Shown: piece after piece, positions 51,391 through 64,000 of the stretch
Layout of the letters: each line of letters starts with the position of its first letter
How positions within the stretch are numbered: position 1 is the first letter of the stretch
Assembly (NCBI GenBank): GCA_951406725.2
Contig: OX597819.1
Location: 81,778,001-81,842,000, forward strand
DNA: 64,000 nucleotides
Direction of reading: 5' to 3'
Source of the DNA: Octopus vulgaris
Lineage: Eukaryota
Notes under the pieces: generated by a model
The model's input: only the letters and a program-made list of their open reading frames with translations
The model's database searches: none
What the model was told of the DNA's origin: nothing
Position numbers and translations under genes: made by a program

Positions 51391-53905
51391 TGAGGGCGTA
51401 ATTAATTAAATGTGTTTATTTAGGTGTGTCAGTTTTAGGTCATGAAGCATTTAAGGATTCACCAAAAATGATTTCTTTACTTGCTGGTGTCATTTAAGAG
51501 AGTCAACTTGTTTGTTTAGGAATGGGGAGGCTATTGTTCAGCGTTCAGTCAAACGTATAAGACTTGTGAGTAGGTGTATTTATTTAGGTGTGTTAACTTC
51601 GGGTCAAAGTGTTTTTAGTAATTTGTATATCTTGCGCTTTAATTTCACAAAAGGATATAAGTGTGTGAAAATGTTAGTTGGTCAAAAAACTTGGAAGTAA
51701 TCTTTCTTGATGAACTCTTCAAAAATATTGAGTAAAAATTATTATTACAATTACACACACACACAGACTGTAGAAAAGGAAATTTGTCCTGGATACCATG
51801 TGTTGGCATAGAACCCAGGGCCTCATAATTGAAATTCGAATTGCAACTGTTTAACATAATAATAGTTTTTCCTTTAGGTTCAAGGTCAATTATTTTAAAA
51901 GGTGGTTGTTAGTTGATGTCGTCGGCACCACTACTTAGTTGGTATTTTATTTTATCTACTCAGAAAAGGTAAAGTTGCCTTTCTGCGTTTTTTGAACGAT
52001 GAAAGGCACCTTTAAACTCTGTTCTAAGTGCAAATCCTACCGAGTGAAGAGCTGGGAGAAGTACTGCAAGGCATTTTTTCTCCACCCTTGCTTACATAAC
52101 AATGGTTTTAAATTTTGCTACACGGACAAGCAAGTTTAAGGGAGAGGTGTGATTACATCGACCCCAGTGCACAACTGGTACTTATTTTATTGATACCGAA
52201 AGGAAAAAAGGTAAAGTCAACGCCAGTGGCATTTGAACTAAGAACGTAAAGGCGGAAGAGATACCTGCAAATAGTTTGTCCGGTGTGTTAACGATTCTGC
52301 CCGCTCACCCACTTTCTATATGACATAATAATAATAATATCATTTCTAACATTCAAAGTGGTTGGGAAGAATGACCGTGTAAATAAAAATAATAACTAGT
52401 ATATATCATCTTTTATGTATTGTTCTTAAATTTCACTGATTCAGACTGTTGTTTAGCTTTATTGGATTTGCTGCAAAACAAAATCGCGAAGGGACATAGA
52501 TTTTAGTTAATAAACTCACGGACTGTAATTACATATTCACCCAGAGGTTTTCGCGCGTCTTTGGGTAGGCAATATATTTCAGTTCACATGTTTATAAGTA
52601 ATGAATATTAGGATGTTTTAAAAGTGCAATAGACGAGTTTCTTATCCTGACACAAACTATTATTCAACACATCTTTCCCTAGAGATGCTAAATTTAAGAC
52701 ATCAGTGAAGAAAACATTGTTTTTAGTATCTGAAAAATAATATTCCCTAAGATTTGGCTTCATGACTAGTCAGAAACATTCATTATGAAATATAATCCGA
52801 TTTGCGTCAATTCATTTCTTCTTGCTGGATCTAATCTAACGATATATCAGATTCATAAATGTAACCGTCTCACAAAAATTGATATTTTTATTTATCATGA
52901 AAACATACCGTTATCTCGAGAAACAGCAAAATAACACAAGATTAAAATAACTTTATATTGAATATATTTGATAAAGAACAACTTTGTGAGTTTAATTAAT
53001 TGTTTTAATTGTAAAGTTTAATTAATTGTGAGTTTAATTAATTGTTTTAATTGTAAAGTTTACATCGCAATTTTTTATTTTTGATGCCTTAAGGTATGAC
53101 CTTCATCTTACAGAACACTATTCTTATTAAATATCTTCTCAGAAAGATACATTAAATGTACTCTAATACATCCTTATGATAATGGACAAAGAATATAATG
53201 ATCCAATGTATTATAGTAAATTTCAGTTTTTGTCGACCCTGCGTATGCAGTTAAATACTCCGGATAAACAGTGAACAACACTTTTTAAAACTTTGATTTA
53301 CTTCTAACGTACTGCTTAAGTGCCAATAGTTTATTAAAGGAATATGATACGATTTTCTCCGTACAATAATATCGTACATAAAAGATAATATAAATCTGAA
53401 GATAAACCTCTGTAGGAATTAGGATGGCGCTAGAGGTAAGCCGAGTTCGTGTGCCTGTTTCTATTTGCAATAGATTGTATCCCTATACGTTACAAATCTT
53501 TTTCGAGTTATATTAAATTATGAAGGTGTATAAATCATAAAGGGGCTTAAAGACTGGAACAGGAATATGAGGCAACTTTATCCGGAAAACTTAGTAGTGA
53601 TAATTAAAAGTGTATATATAACTTTAAAGATTCCACACTTTAAAGTCTCCTACCTAAACTTTAATTTTAAATACAACTTATATATATATATATATATATG
53701 GATAGACAGACAGATAGATAGATAGATAGATAGATAGATATTATTATTGGTTTCAATCATTGAACTGCATCCACGCTGGAGTGTCGTCTTGTGGAATTAG
53801 GCGAACAAATCGACATCGGCACTTATTTTGAGTTAGGTACGTATTTTGTCGGTTCTATTGCTGAACCGTTGAGTTTTGGGACCATAAACCAACAAAGGCT
53901 GTCAT

Positions 53906-53967
<62 letters not shown>

Positions 53968-53968
<1 letters not shown>

Positions 53969-54125
53969 CGAGTGGGTGCTGAAAAGTTCTTGGCATTAAG
54001 GGTACCGCGAAAGGCCTGATTGGAGGTCCAAACTTCCAAGTTCTTTTACAGAGCCTACAGAAACTGAGGACCGCTGCAATAAGTGTGTGAGTCTTACTGG
54101 GAATATGTTAAATAAAATCATAAAA
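53968..54125 (+). mobile_element. Mariner deletion-derivative fragment
   Basis: TA|cgagtgggtgctgaaaagttc TIR-like start joined to a C-terminal 'RCNKCV...EYVK*'-like remnant. Confidence 0.45.
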
Positions 54126-55879
54126 AGCTAGGAGGTGGGGGAACACATACGCCACAGAAACCGGGAAACAGGGCCTATGAGCTTGCCTAGGCTTGAAAAG
54201 GGCGCAAGGAAGGTGTTCATTTGGCAAGAAAAAATGAACAAGCCGAAAAATAACAATATATATATATATATATAATCATATAATGAAATGTACCGACCAA
54301 TAATAGCAAGCTTGAAGAACCGCCGGTGGCTAGGTGGTTAAGGCGACACAGAACAATTAACCGAATGGTTTCTAGGTAATATCCTACTAACAGCATAACA
54401 TTGGGACTGTGACAAAGACACTGAATGACTCATGTAGAAAGTTTTATGTAGGATTCCCAGTTGATATAATTCACTGCTTAACAACGCCAGCATGTAGTGA
54501 TAACGTTTGATTCGTTAGTTTGCTATACGAAATTCGATTTCTCCCCTGAGAAAAGTCAGTTGAGATAGATTTTTTTTTCAGGAATAAATTTGCATTTCAT
54601 CCGTTGAATTCCATGAAAATCAGAGATAATCATATGTACGGTGAAATGCAGATATCTTGGGAAGAATGATAAAAAAGTAAAAGAAAGAATTGGAAGACTA
54701 GATACTAGTTATTAAATTTTCTTAGCTACATAATATAAATTAAATAAAGGGCCTTGGGATATGATTGTCATATAGAGAACGAATACAGGAATAGAGCTGA
54801 GTTGTTAAGAAGATTGTTTCCCAAGGTTTAATAAACTGTAAAGCATAAAAGCAAATAGGTAACGTTAAAATAAGTGTGGTATATTTTCGTAGTTGCAAGG
54901 CAGTGAGCTGGGCAGAATGGAACAGCATTAGGTTAAAATATATGCATTTGATGTCATTCTAAGCTTAAATCTTGTTACCAATTTTGCCTTTTATTCCTCC
55001 AGAGTCGACAAAATTTGTTGCAATTATCTATCCAATAAAAAACAAACAAAACAACCTATATTTTGTTGCGAGAGAACAGGCCAAATAGTGAGAGAACAGG
55101 CCAAATAATTGCTCCCATTCAGAGTGGGGTAGAACCAGTAACAGATCGACAGAATTGGTAGAAAAAATTCCTTGTACTATTTAGCTGTGTATCAAAACGG
55201 CGAGCTGGTAGAATCGTTAAGCACGCCGGGCAAAATACTTAGCGGCATTTCGTCATTAGCTACATTCTGAGTTCAAATTCTGCCGTGGTCCACATTCTGA
55301 GTTCAAATTCTGCCTTTTATTACTTTCGGGGTTGATGAAATATGTACCAGTTGAGCATTGGGGTCGATATAATCGACTTACCCCTCCCAAATTGCTGGCC
55401 TTGTGCTAAAATTTGAAATCAGTTTTCATGTAGGTCTCCTTACTTTCAAATCCTGTTGAAATGAACATACCTTTCATTTCTTCGAGGTTGCTAAAATAAA
55501 GTACCAATCAGTATTGACAACGAATCTTATTCAGAACTGCTAGCATAACCAGCAGTTTTGAGGGAAAAATGCATTGCGGTATTTCTATCCGATTCTTTAT
55601 GTTCTGAGTTTAAATCCCGCCAAAGTCAACTTTACTGACTAACTCCCTTTCCCTCAAAATTGCTGTCCTTGTGCCTGAATCAGAAGCCAGTTAGTTGGGT
55701 GGATCTCCTCAAATTTGAGGCATAATCTCTAATTTAGAAGTATTTTATCCGTCGTATGGTGATAATGGATATCTGATAATGGGACACAGAAAATATTGAA
55801 AATATTTCTATCGAGCAAATTTTTCTGACATCGTCGTCTTTCCAGTAGTATAAATATATCTATGCAACAAAACTCCTCA

Positions 55880-56300
55880 CGTGCCTAAAAAAAAAAAAAA
55901 CTGTACCTCATTACAAGATACTTATATACGACTATTTTAGATTTACATTTGCACAGATAGCTGTAGACCGATCTGTTTCTTATCCAAAAATACTGTCCAT
56001 TACGAAATAGATAGGTGATATCGATTTAGATGATGGTTAGCCCGAAGCATTTGCAGTATCTTAATAAGAGAGTAGATGATATATTTTCTAGATATGGTGC
56101 TCCAGTTCAGATGGTTAGAGATACTGGATTTGAAAATGTAAACAGAGTAATGAAAGAAACCATAGAGAGACTAAATATATATTATATTGCATCCATTATC
56201 ATCCACAAGGAAATGAAAATATCGAACGCCCACTCCAAACATTAAATATCATATTAGTAAAAAAAGTTAGTAGAAGTAAAAGTAGGTCTCTATATGATAT
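55880..56300 (+). mobile_element. Decayed Gypsy-type integrase fragment
   Basis: 'DDIFSRYGAPVQMVRDTGFENVNRVMKETIERLNI', then 'YHPQGN..IER.H.TL' in a shifted frame. Confidence 0.6.
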
Positions 56301-57656
56301 GTAAACCTGAACGAATTATTGATTTCATACACAGGCACTAAGTCTCGGATTTCTAATGGAATGAAAATCAAACTGTGTGGCGTTCATGCTTCTTTAAGCT
56401 AATTAGTAGCGAAATTGTTATATTCGGGAAGGAAAACAAAGTCAGACTCGCTATGAAGTTGGGTCTATTCTAAGTTTCTAATACATTATTCATATGTTGG
56501 TTCTTTTGAATAGACATACAGCTCTGTTCTAGAGAAAGAGGAGATTATGAACTTGTAACCTTCGTACGTTTCCTAAAAAGCATTAATGGCCTTACAGGAT
56601 GTGGAATGGCGTCAAGTGAATAAAGAAACTATATTGCAGAATCAGCCAACAGTAGGTAATTCCAAATATACTGCCTTTTCCTTTTCTTGGAAACAGTGGT
56701 ATAAAAGGTATTATTACCACTGTAGGAAGTAGAATGTTACAGTGTATGACACAGTGATCGATGGAATTTGTTTATTTCATATAGTTTAATCACCATAAAT
56801 CTTAGGGGAGGAAATCTGTTCATTCTCCAATGAGCGAATTATTGATTGAATTTATATAGAGCGAGAGTTTTCATCTGAGATTTCTTTCAGCACTATTAGC
56901 CTCTTACAGCCATCTTTAATATAAGTAAGGTGTATTGGAGCTTATTTTAGTTTCGTTATATCAAACGATTTAAGAATACAATCTTCTGTGCAATGAAATA
57001 CATTTGTCATGGGAAGATTTAAATACAATGCTGAAATTTAACAAAATCTCTCTTCAAGTATTGAGAGTCACTGTTGTCTATTGTGGTGACATGTATTCCG
57101 TATGTTAGTGTTTTATACGTAGGTAGAAGAGTCACAAAGAGTCAATTCAATTTGCCAAAGAAATACAATATAGGGTGTGCCATGAACTATAGTTAGGGTC
57201 ATCTCCGACCGCTGCACGTTTTATATACATGCGAGGAAAACTTTGTTAAAAAATAATGATATTGTCATGAACCAGATGTAATCAAAGTGAAAAGGATTAG
57301 GACATCGAATCGAAATTTCTTGATGTCGAGTGTCATTGGACTGGAATGATAGCTGTAATATATTGGATTATGGCAATAGAAACTAGATTGAACAGCAAAC
57401 AGGAATGGAAGAAGACTATGGATGCGCTTATAAAACCAGGAACGGTCTTGCTAGAGGAAATGCATTCCGCCTCGACAGAATTCAGGCAAATTAAGGGAAA
57501 CGACAACGGAAACAGATTAAGAGTAGATAAGATCCGGGCTCTTATCTACTCCATTCCTTAACTCTTGTATTCTTATTAGCACACTCGGCAACCCTGTTTT
57601 ATATTTACAATGGATTGCTTGAAGCTAACTGTCTTCCTACACCTCGATCCCTGGAT

Positions 57657-57715
<59 letters not shown>

Positions 57716-58891
57716 GGAGAGACAGAAGAGGGTTATCCATAAAGACAAAAATGTAAAAGAGAGATAAACAGAAGAGATAGAGAAAAAGTGACAGAAAGAA
57801 AAGGAGAGAATTGCAAAAAATATGAAGCGTCATTCTAGTAAGTCAATAAGTCAATAAAATCATACATCATGACATCATTATCAGCCTAATGTAAAAAGAG
57901 CAAATGTTTATAAATAAAGAAGCAGTTTCAGATAATAGAATTATTATGACGTGTGAAGATTGAAAATTTATATTTGAAAAAAAAAAAAAAAGATTGTGTA
58001 ATGTGAAGCCTTTCACAAAATGGTTTAGTTATTTTAACGACTTATGTGGGGTAGTTGTATAAAGAGTAATTTGAAACTTGCTTCACCACAATCTTAATCT
58101 CTTAGCGAAAAGTGGAGCCTTTGATTGTGTAACGTTTATATCTCACCTAAGAATTAAAAGCATAAATGAATTAGTTACAACCAAGAATCGAAACCGGCAT
58201 AAGTAATCGCACAACAATCCTTACAGAAAGTAATTATTTAACAAACATCGAATATAGATGTGTTCTTCAATGGTGTATGAACAAGAAAATACAGTACCTA
58301 TGGTAAAGAAATAATTGAACTCCATACAGATAACTTGCACAGTTTGAACCACAATAACCAATTAAATATCACTTTCTTTGTTGGAATTCGTCAAATATAT
58401 ATTTTGGCTCTAAGCTATTTAGTTTCACGTATTGATTTCTTACATTAATTCAAAAATCTAATTTTGTCTAGAAGATGTGTATATTGTATCAATCTTGAAG
58501 TGATACGATACACAAAATGGACCCTGGAGAGATTTAAACTTACAGTATAAAAGGACAAACCGCAAAAGGAAATTTGAATTCAGGACATAAAAGGGCAAAT
58601 TCAAGGTAGCGGGACAGAAAGTAAATTCTGTACGCTATTTAGATAAGAGCCCCACTGCTTCTGTGTCTGTTTGGCCATTTTAGCTAAAAAAATCAGGATG
58701 GGAAAACAGCAAACGTCGTCAAACAAAACAGACTTCTAGAAAGCTATGATCGGTAGTCCAGTTCAATCTCAAGCTGAAATCATTTCATTTTGCGTACAAC
58801 TAAAATACTAACCAAAATAGTATAACTGCGACAATTCCGTTTTCTGTTTCTTAAATGAGAATCTTTGTATTATCTCAAAACGAAAGAAATA

Positions 58892-58980
58892 TAGGTAATC
58901 CCTTGACTAACGCGGGTGTTACGTTCCCAAACCACTCGCGATAGGCGAAAATCCGCGAAGTAGAAACAGTACTGTAATGT
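58892..58980 (+). mobile_element. Tigger/pogo-like MITE terminal fragment
   Basis: gtaatcccttgactaacgcgggtgttacgttcc...cgcgataggcgaaaatccgcgaagtag resembles Tigger-type left ends. Confidence 0.5.
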
Positions 58981-59724
58981 TCTTTTTTATTATTTTCATA
59001 ATTTATATATATTCATATATATTTATTGTATAGGATTCGACGTAAGCTTATGGGAATACTGTAAAGAAATAGTAAAAACTTTGGAACGAAGTTACTTGTC
59101 CCTAATCCCCATCTCTCTCCGTAAAAACGTCGTAGGTGTCCGAGTCGAGCAGGTGTTGAGGAACCGATAATTTGTATTTCGCCATATGCTGCAACGTTTA
59201 CATGGTTAAACAATTAGCTAACATTTTGTAAGCTTGCAAAACTGAGTTGGATTCTTCCTTTTCACCGAAGAAATAGTAGAAACATTGAAGCCAAAGTGTT
59301 TGAAATGATACTAACCCTAACTTATATAACTTGAATATCGTACCAACGAACCCCAGCTAAATATTTTTGATCTATATTTATCTATTTCTTTACTACCCAC
59401 AAGGGGCTAAACACAGAGAGGACAAACAAGGACAGACAAACGGATTAAGTCGATTATATCGACCCAGTGCGTAACTGGTACTTAATTTATCCACCGCGAA
59501 AGGATGAAAGGCAAAGTCGACCTCGGCGGAATTTGAACTCAGAACGTAACGGCAGACGAAATACCGCTAAGCATTTCGCCCGCGTGCTAACGTTGCTGCC
59601 AGCTCGCCATCTACTATATCTTATTCCATAAAACGTGTAAAATTTAGTTTGCTCCCTATTTGTTTAGCAACGATTTCACCATCGATATGGATATCATCTA
59701 AAGGTTATCATGTCTTTGTGAAAG

Positions 59725-59759
<35 letters not shown>

Positions 59760-60469
59760 GTAAATGTTTATATATGTATGTGCGTGTGTGGAAGTGTGTA
59801 TATATATGTATATAAAGATAAATTGTGTTAAGAGACCTTTGACATTTGCAGAAATATATAATATGGACTGACAGATGACATTTTAGAGAAATTTATTTAA
59901 ATGACGATGTAACTTTATTTTATAATTATTGTATGCCTGTTGTCCTAGATATAAATAAATTGACTAGAGAAATCATAGGCGTAGGGAAAGAGAAAAATGT
60001 CAAATGAAGAAATTAACACCAGTGATTTCTAGTTTAGAGTAAAATCATTAACGAACTCATTACGAAAAAAAAAAAAAAAGGAATATAGAAAGGTCTTTCT
60101 ATCAACAAAAATATAAAGTGATCACAAAATAAAAGTTACTACACACACTGAAATTGTATTTCAGTTGATTTGTCATCAGTAAACAAACTAAAGTCAACTT
60201 TGTTTTTCATCAATCAAGGATTATTATTTTAATCATCTACAACCACTCTCTGCAAAAAGTTGCTTAGCACTCAGAAGCAATCCATATAATGGTATACAAA
60301 GAAATTAATATGTAAAACATATCGCAACGACAAGTTCCAGCTACATAAATGCTAGACATGTAATTAGAAAGTTGTAATTTTAAGGACACTTATATATATA
60401 TATGATAAAATGCCTGATAATTAAGATGTTGGATTATCTTAGCTAGCACTATTAGTTTATGTAAGCTGT

Positions 60470-60625
60470 TTAATTTAATCGGATTGGTGTCCGCATCTTT
60501 ATTGTTGCTTTCACTATGTTTTGGCTGTTGTACGCTCCAGCCTTCTTCAGATGTTTTGTGATTCACCTTGGTGTCTTGCCCGGGATTGAACTTAGTTAAC
60601 TGCACTGCATTAACCAACGTCGAAA
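60470..60625 (-). mobile_element. Diverged relative of the tRNA-head/hammerhead retroposon
   Basis: B-box-like AGTTCAATCCC, then CTGAAGA-A-GGCTG(loop)CAGCC-AAAACATA and the shared downstream caacaataaagatgcggaca. Confidence 0.6.
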
Positions 60626-61398
60626 TGTAGCGAAAGCAACAATCAAGATAAGAACACCAGTCCGACTATAGTAAACAGTGTCCATAATATACATTTCTTA
60701 TCTCAGAAATATAGAATTGCACTATTACTATGTAATTTGAGTGGTCTTATTATGTACGCTTTTGCTTCTTTCAGTCATTGAACTTTGGCCATTCTGAGGC
60801 ACCGCCTTAAAATGTTTAGTTTAACAAATGGACCCTAGTACTTAACAAATTTGTTTTTAAAAGTTGGTTACATAGTTCTCTTTTGCAGAAACGTTATGTT
60901 GCGGAAACGTAAACAATACATTGCAAAAATATACATTTATGTATATATACACGTATGTGTATATACATGTATGTATATATACACATATACATATGTACAC
61001 ACACGCACACACACACACATACACACACATACACACACATGCAACAGGCTTTTACCACTGTTTCCACTTTATGCAGATTAGATCCTCTCACAAGTTTCTT
61101 CTAGTAGCGTACCGTCACAAACGGGGTCAGCCTATGATAGACTAGGGATTCTTTTACTGATTATGGTTATAAGATACCTCATTATCGCTGGAGGATTATT
61201 GAAATATTCTAGTATGTGTTTAATGTCCTCGTTTTGCATTATTTTGGAGCAGGAGGTTTCTATTATGAGAATTTAATAGTCTTATCAACTGAATTCCTGC
61301 TCTTGAAATGAACGAGTACCTTAAATAGACACGAAGTTCTCAGATAGAATCAGCGTGAAGGCTATGTGGAAAGGCTGAACCCTTAAATTACATGCAGA

Positions 61399-61443
<45 letters not shown>

Positions 61444-61699
61444 GGGGAGAGAAGGACGGAGGGAGAGAGAGAGAGGAGTGTGAGAGAGATAGAAAGCGAG
61501 GAAAAGACTTGTTTTCGGTTTTGGATCGGAAATTCATTTTTCAACACCGAAAATAAGAAAGGCAGTGTTGATCTTAGCGAGATTTAAACTGAAAACACCG
61601 GGAGTTGCATTGAATGTTACAAGGAATTTCTTCTATCTCATGACCTTATCACTCTGCCAGTTCTTCTCTTTCGCTTAGTAGCAATAATGTTTGCCTATG

Positions 61700-62290
61700 A
61701 GTAAAATTCATTCTTATATCTCAGAAGTTGACTATCGTTAAATTAGTGCTAAAGATTGTGTGTAAGACACACTCTTTAAATATTCCTATTAAATTCATAA
61801 AGTGTTCGTTTATATTACATGAAACTGATTGGCCGAAATCTCTGTACACTCCGAAACTATGGTACTGATCAAGGTGGGGGTTGGCTTTCAGTGGTAGTCT
61901 AGGACATGCAATCACAAGAGATCAGCCACCCCGGATTTTGGATTGCATAGTGTCTTTCACATCACAGAGTTCAACCATTTCTGATCTACGATAGTTTTGA
62001 CTATTTAACGCGCTTTTGACTAATAAAAATCGGCCATACTTCGTGTTCTGTGGAATAGATCAGTCTGGACACCAACATCCAGGTTGATCTACCACGTAGG
62101 ACATTCAGTGAAAGAGCTGATGTAGCTAAGATGTTTAAAACCACCACCTGATTTGAACTGACCAATGGAGGCCTAAATGATTTTCCCCAGAAGTTATTTA
62201 AAAGTTGCTTTGAATTCTCTGTACTCCGAACATCTGCTGATATAAACTTGTTCTACGCTCATGAAATTTCAATAATGAGGAGTCAAACTC
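61700..62290 (-). mobile_element. Possible highly decayed L1/Tx1-like LINE fragment
   Basis: Non-repetitive, coding-like sequence with many stops and loose resemblance to the post-RT region of Tx1-like ORF2. Confidence 0.25.
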
Positions 62291-62291
62291 T

Positions 62292-62346
<55 letters not shown>

Positions 62347-62603
62347 CCCCCCTCTCTCTCTATATATATATAGATATATATACTCTTTACTCTTTTACTT
62401 GTTTCAGTCATTTGACTGCGGCCATGCTGGAGCACCGCCTTTAATCGAGCAACTCGACCCCGGGACTTATTCCTTTTTGTAAGCCCAGTACTTATTCTAT
62501 CGGTCTCTTTTTGCCGAACCGCTAAGTAACGGGGACATAAACACACCAGCATCAGTTGTCAAGCAATGCTAGGGGGACAAACACAGACACACAAACACAC
62601 ACA

Positions 62604-62655
<52 letters not shown>

Positions 62656-63726
62656 TATATACATATATACGACGGGCTTCTTTCAGTTTCTGTCTACCAA
62701 ATCCACTCACAAGGCTTTGGTCGGCCCGAGGCTACAGTAGAAGACACTTGCCCGCGGTGCCACGCAGTGGGACTGAACCCGGAACCGTGTGGTTGGTAAA
62801 CAAGCTACTTAACACACAGCCACATAAACACATACATATACACACACATATATATATATCTACACATACATATATAATACATACATACATACAAACATCT
62901 CTCCCCCCTCTCTCTCTCTATATATATTGCAATTTCTGTCTGTCTGTTACCAACTTGGTGCCTAAACCGCCGAATTAATATTCACGAAACTTTGCATACA
63001 CGTGACACTAACATCCAGTTCTATAATAGGCTATTTAGATTTCAATAAAAATCTATAATGTGTCCTCAGGGGCGTTGGGCAAATTATATGATAAAATGAG
63101 AAGGTTGCAAAATTACAAGTTTGAGGTAGTAACACAAAGAAGGTGAGTTATATCAGTGAAAGCGATAACAGCAGTGAAAATAGGATGACAATGTTAATAA
63201 AGCTGATATATACACACGACGCCACATACATACCCTCGTAGATACATAGATAAACACACACACACGCACACACACACACGCACATACACATACACACACG
63301 CACATACACACACGCACACACACACACACGCGCACACACACAGAAAGGTGGGTGTGAGGAATACATACGTATCTTTAAGGAGAGAGGGGGTAGGTGGCTT
63401 TTCTGTCCATCGTAAAGAAACACTCACTCACAGACACATACACTCACACGCACTCATTCACACGTACACACACACACACACACACACACACTCATACATA
63501 ATACATACATAAATACATAATACATATATACATATGTCTACTATACACCATTTTAAACTCGTGACTACGTGTGTGTACATATTGACCTGGGTTTGGTGAT
63601 AATAATGGGAGTGGAACTAAAACGGGAACTGAACAGGGAATGGAATAGGACATGAAATAGTGTAATGGGAATGGGAATTGGAAATAACTCCTACTTTTCC
63701 GAATATTACCTGGTAATTCAGTTAGA

Positions 63727-63798
<72 letters not shown>

Positions 63799-63962
63799 GT
63801 ATTGTGTGTGTGTGTATATATGTGTATATATATATATATGTTTATATATATATATGTGTGTATATATATATGTATATATATATATATGTGTATGTGTATA
63901 TATATATGTGTGTATATATATGTATATATATATGTGAGTATATATATATATATGTATTAATA

Positions 63963-64000
<38 letters not shown>

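Noticed and set aside
59096-59188. SRCR-domain similarity of the candidate exon peptide
   Set aside because: Only loose resemblance; the conserved WGTVC and the cysteines are missing.

Overview
AT-rich, repeat-dense eukaryotic DNA. It is probably from an octopus-type cephalopod, inferred from the SINE types, the microsatellite load and the 5S sequence. No complete protein-coding gene is visible: one well-formed minus-strand exon (4884-5040) and two weak exon candidates. Most ORF-track entries are microsatellite or repeat artefacts. The rest is nested mobile DNA: RTE, R4/Dong-like, L1/Tx1-like and Gypsy remnants, Penelope-like (GIY-YIG) fragments, Tc1/mariner and hAT elements, a Helitron-like element and three abundant SINE families. 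Highlights: (1) a short non-coding retroposon family with a tRNA-like Pol III head and a minimal hammerhead ribozyme, inserted head-to-head like Penelope elements (12425-13580, relative at 60470-60625), plus other hammerhead motifs in Penelope remnants; (2) a young 2.9-kb foldback element with ~1.3-kb arms, a perfect 9-bp TSD and the same retroposon in both arms; (3) a 5S rRNA copy fused to a retroposon tail; (4) a ~540-bp element with fixed ends tied to (TAA)n tracts; (5) a perfect 156-bp inverted local copy; (6) a permuted direct/inverted repeat element around a promoter-like core. Coordinates were read by eye; repeat boundaries are approximate unless a TIR or TSD is quoted.
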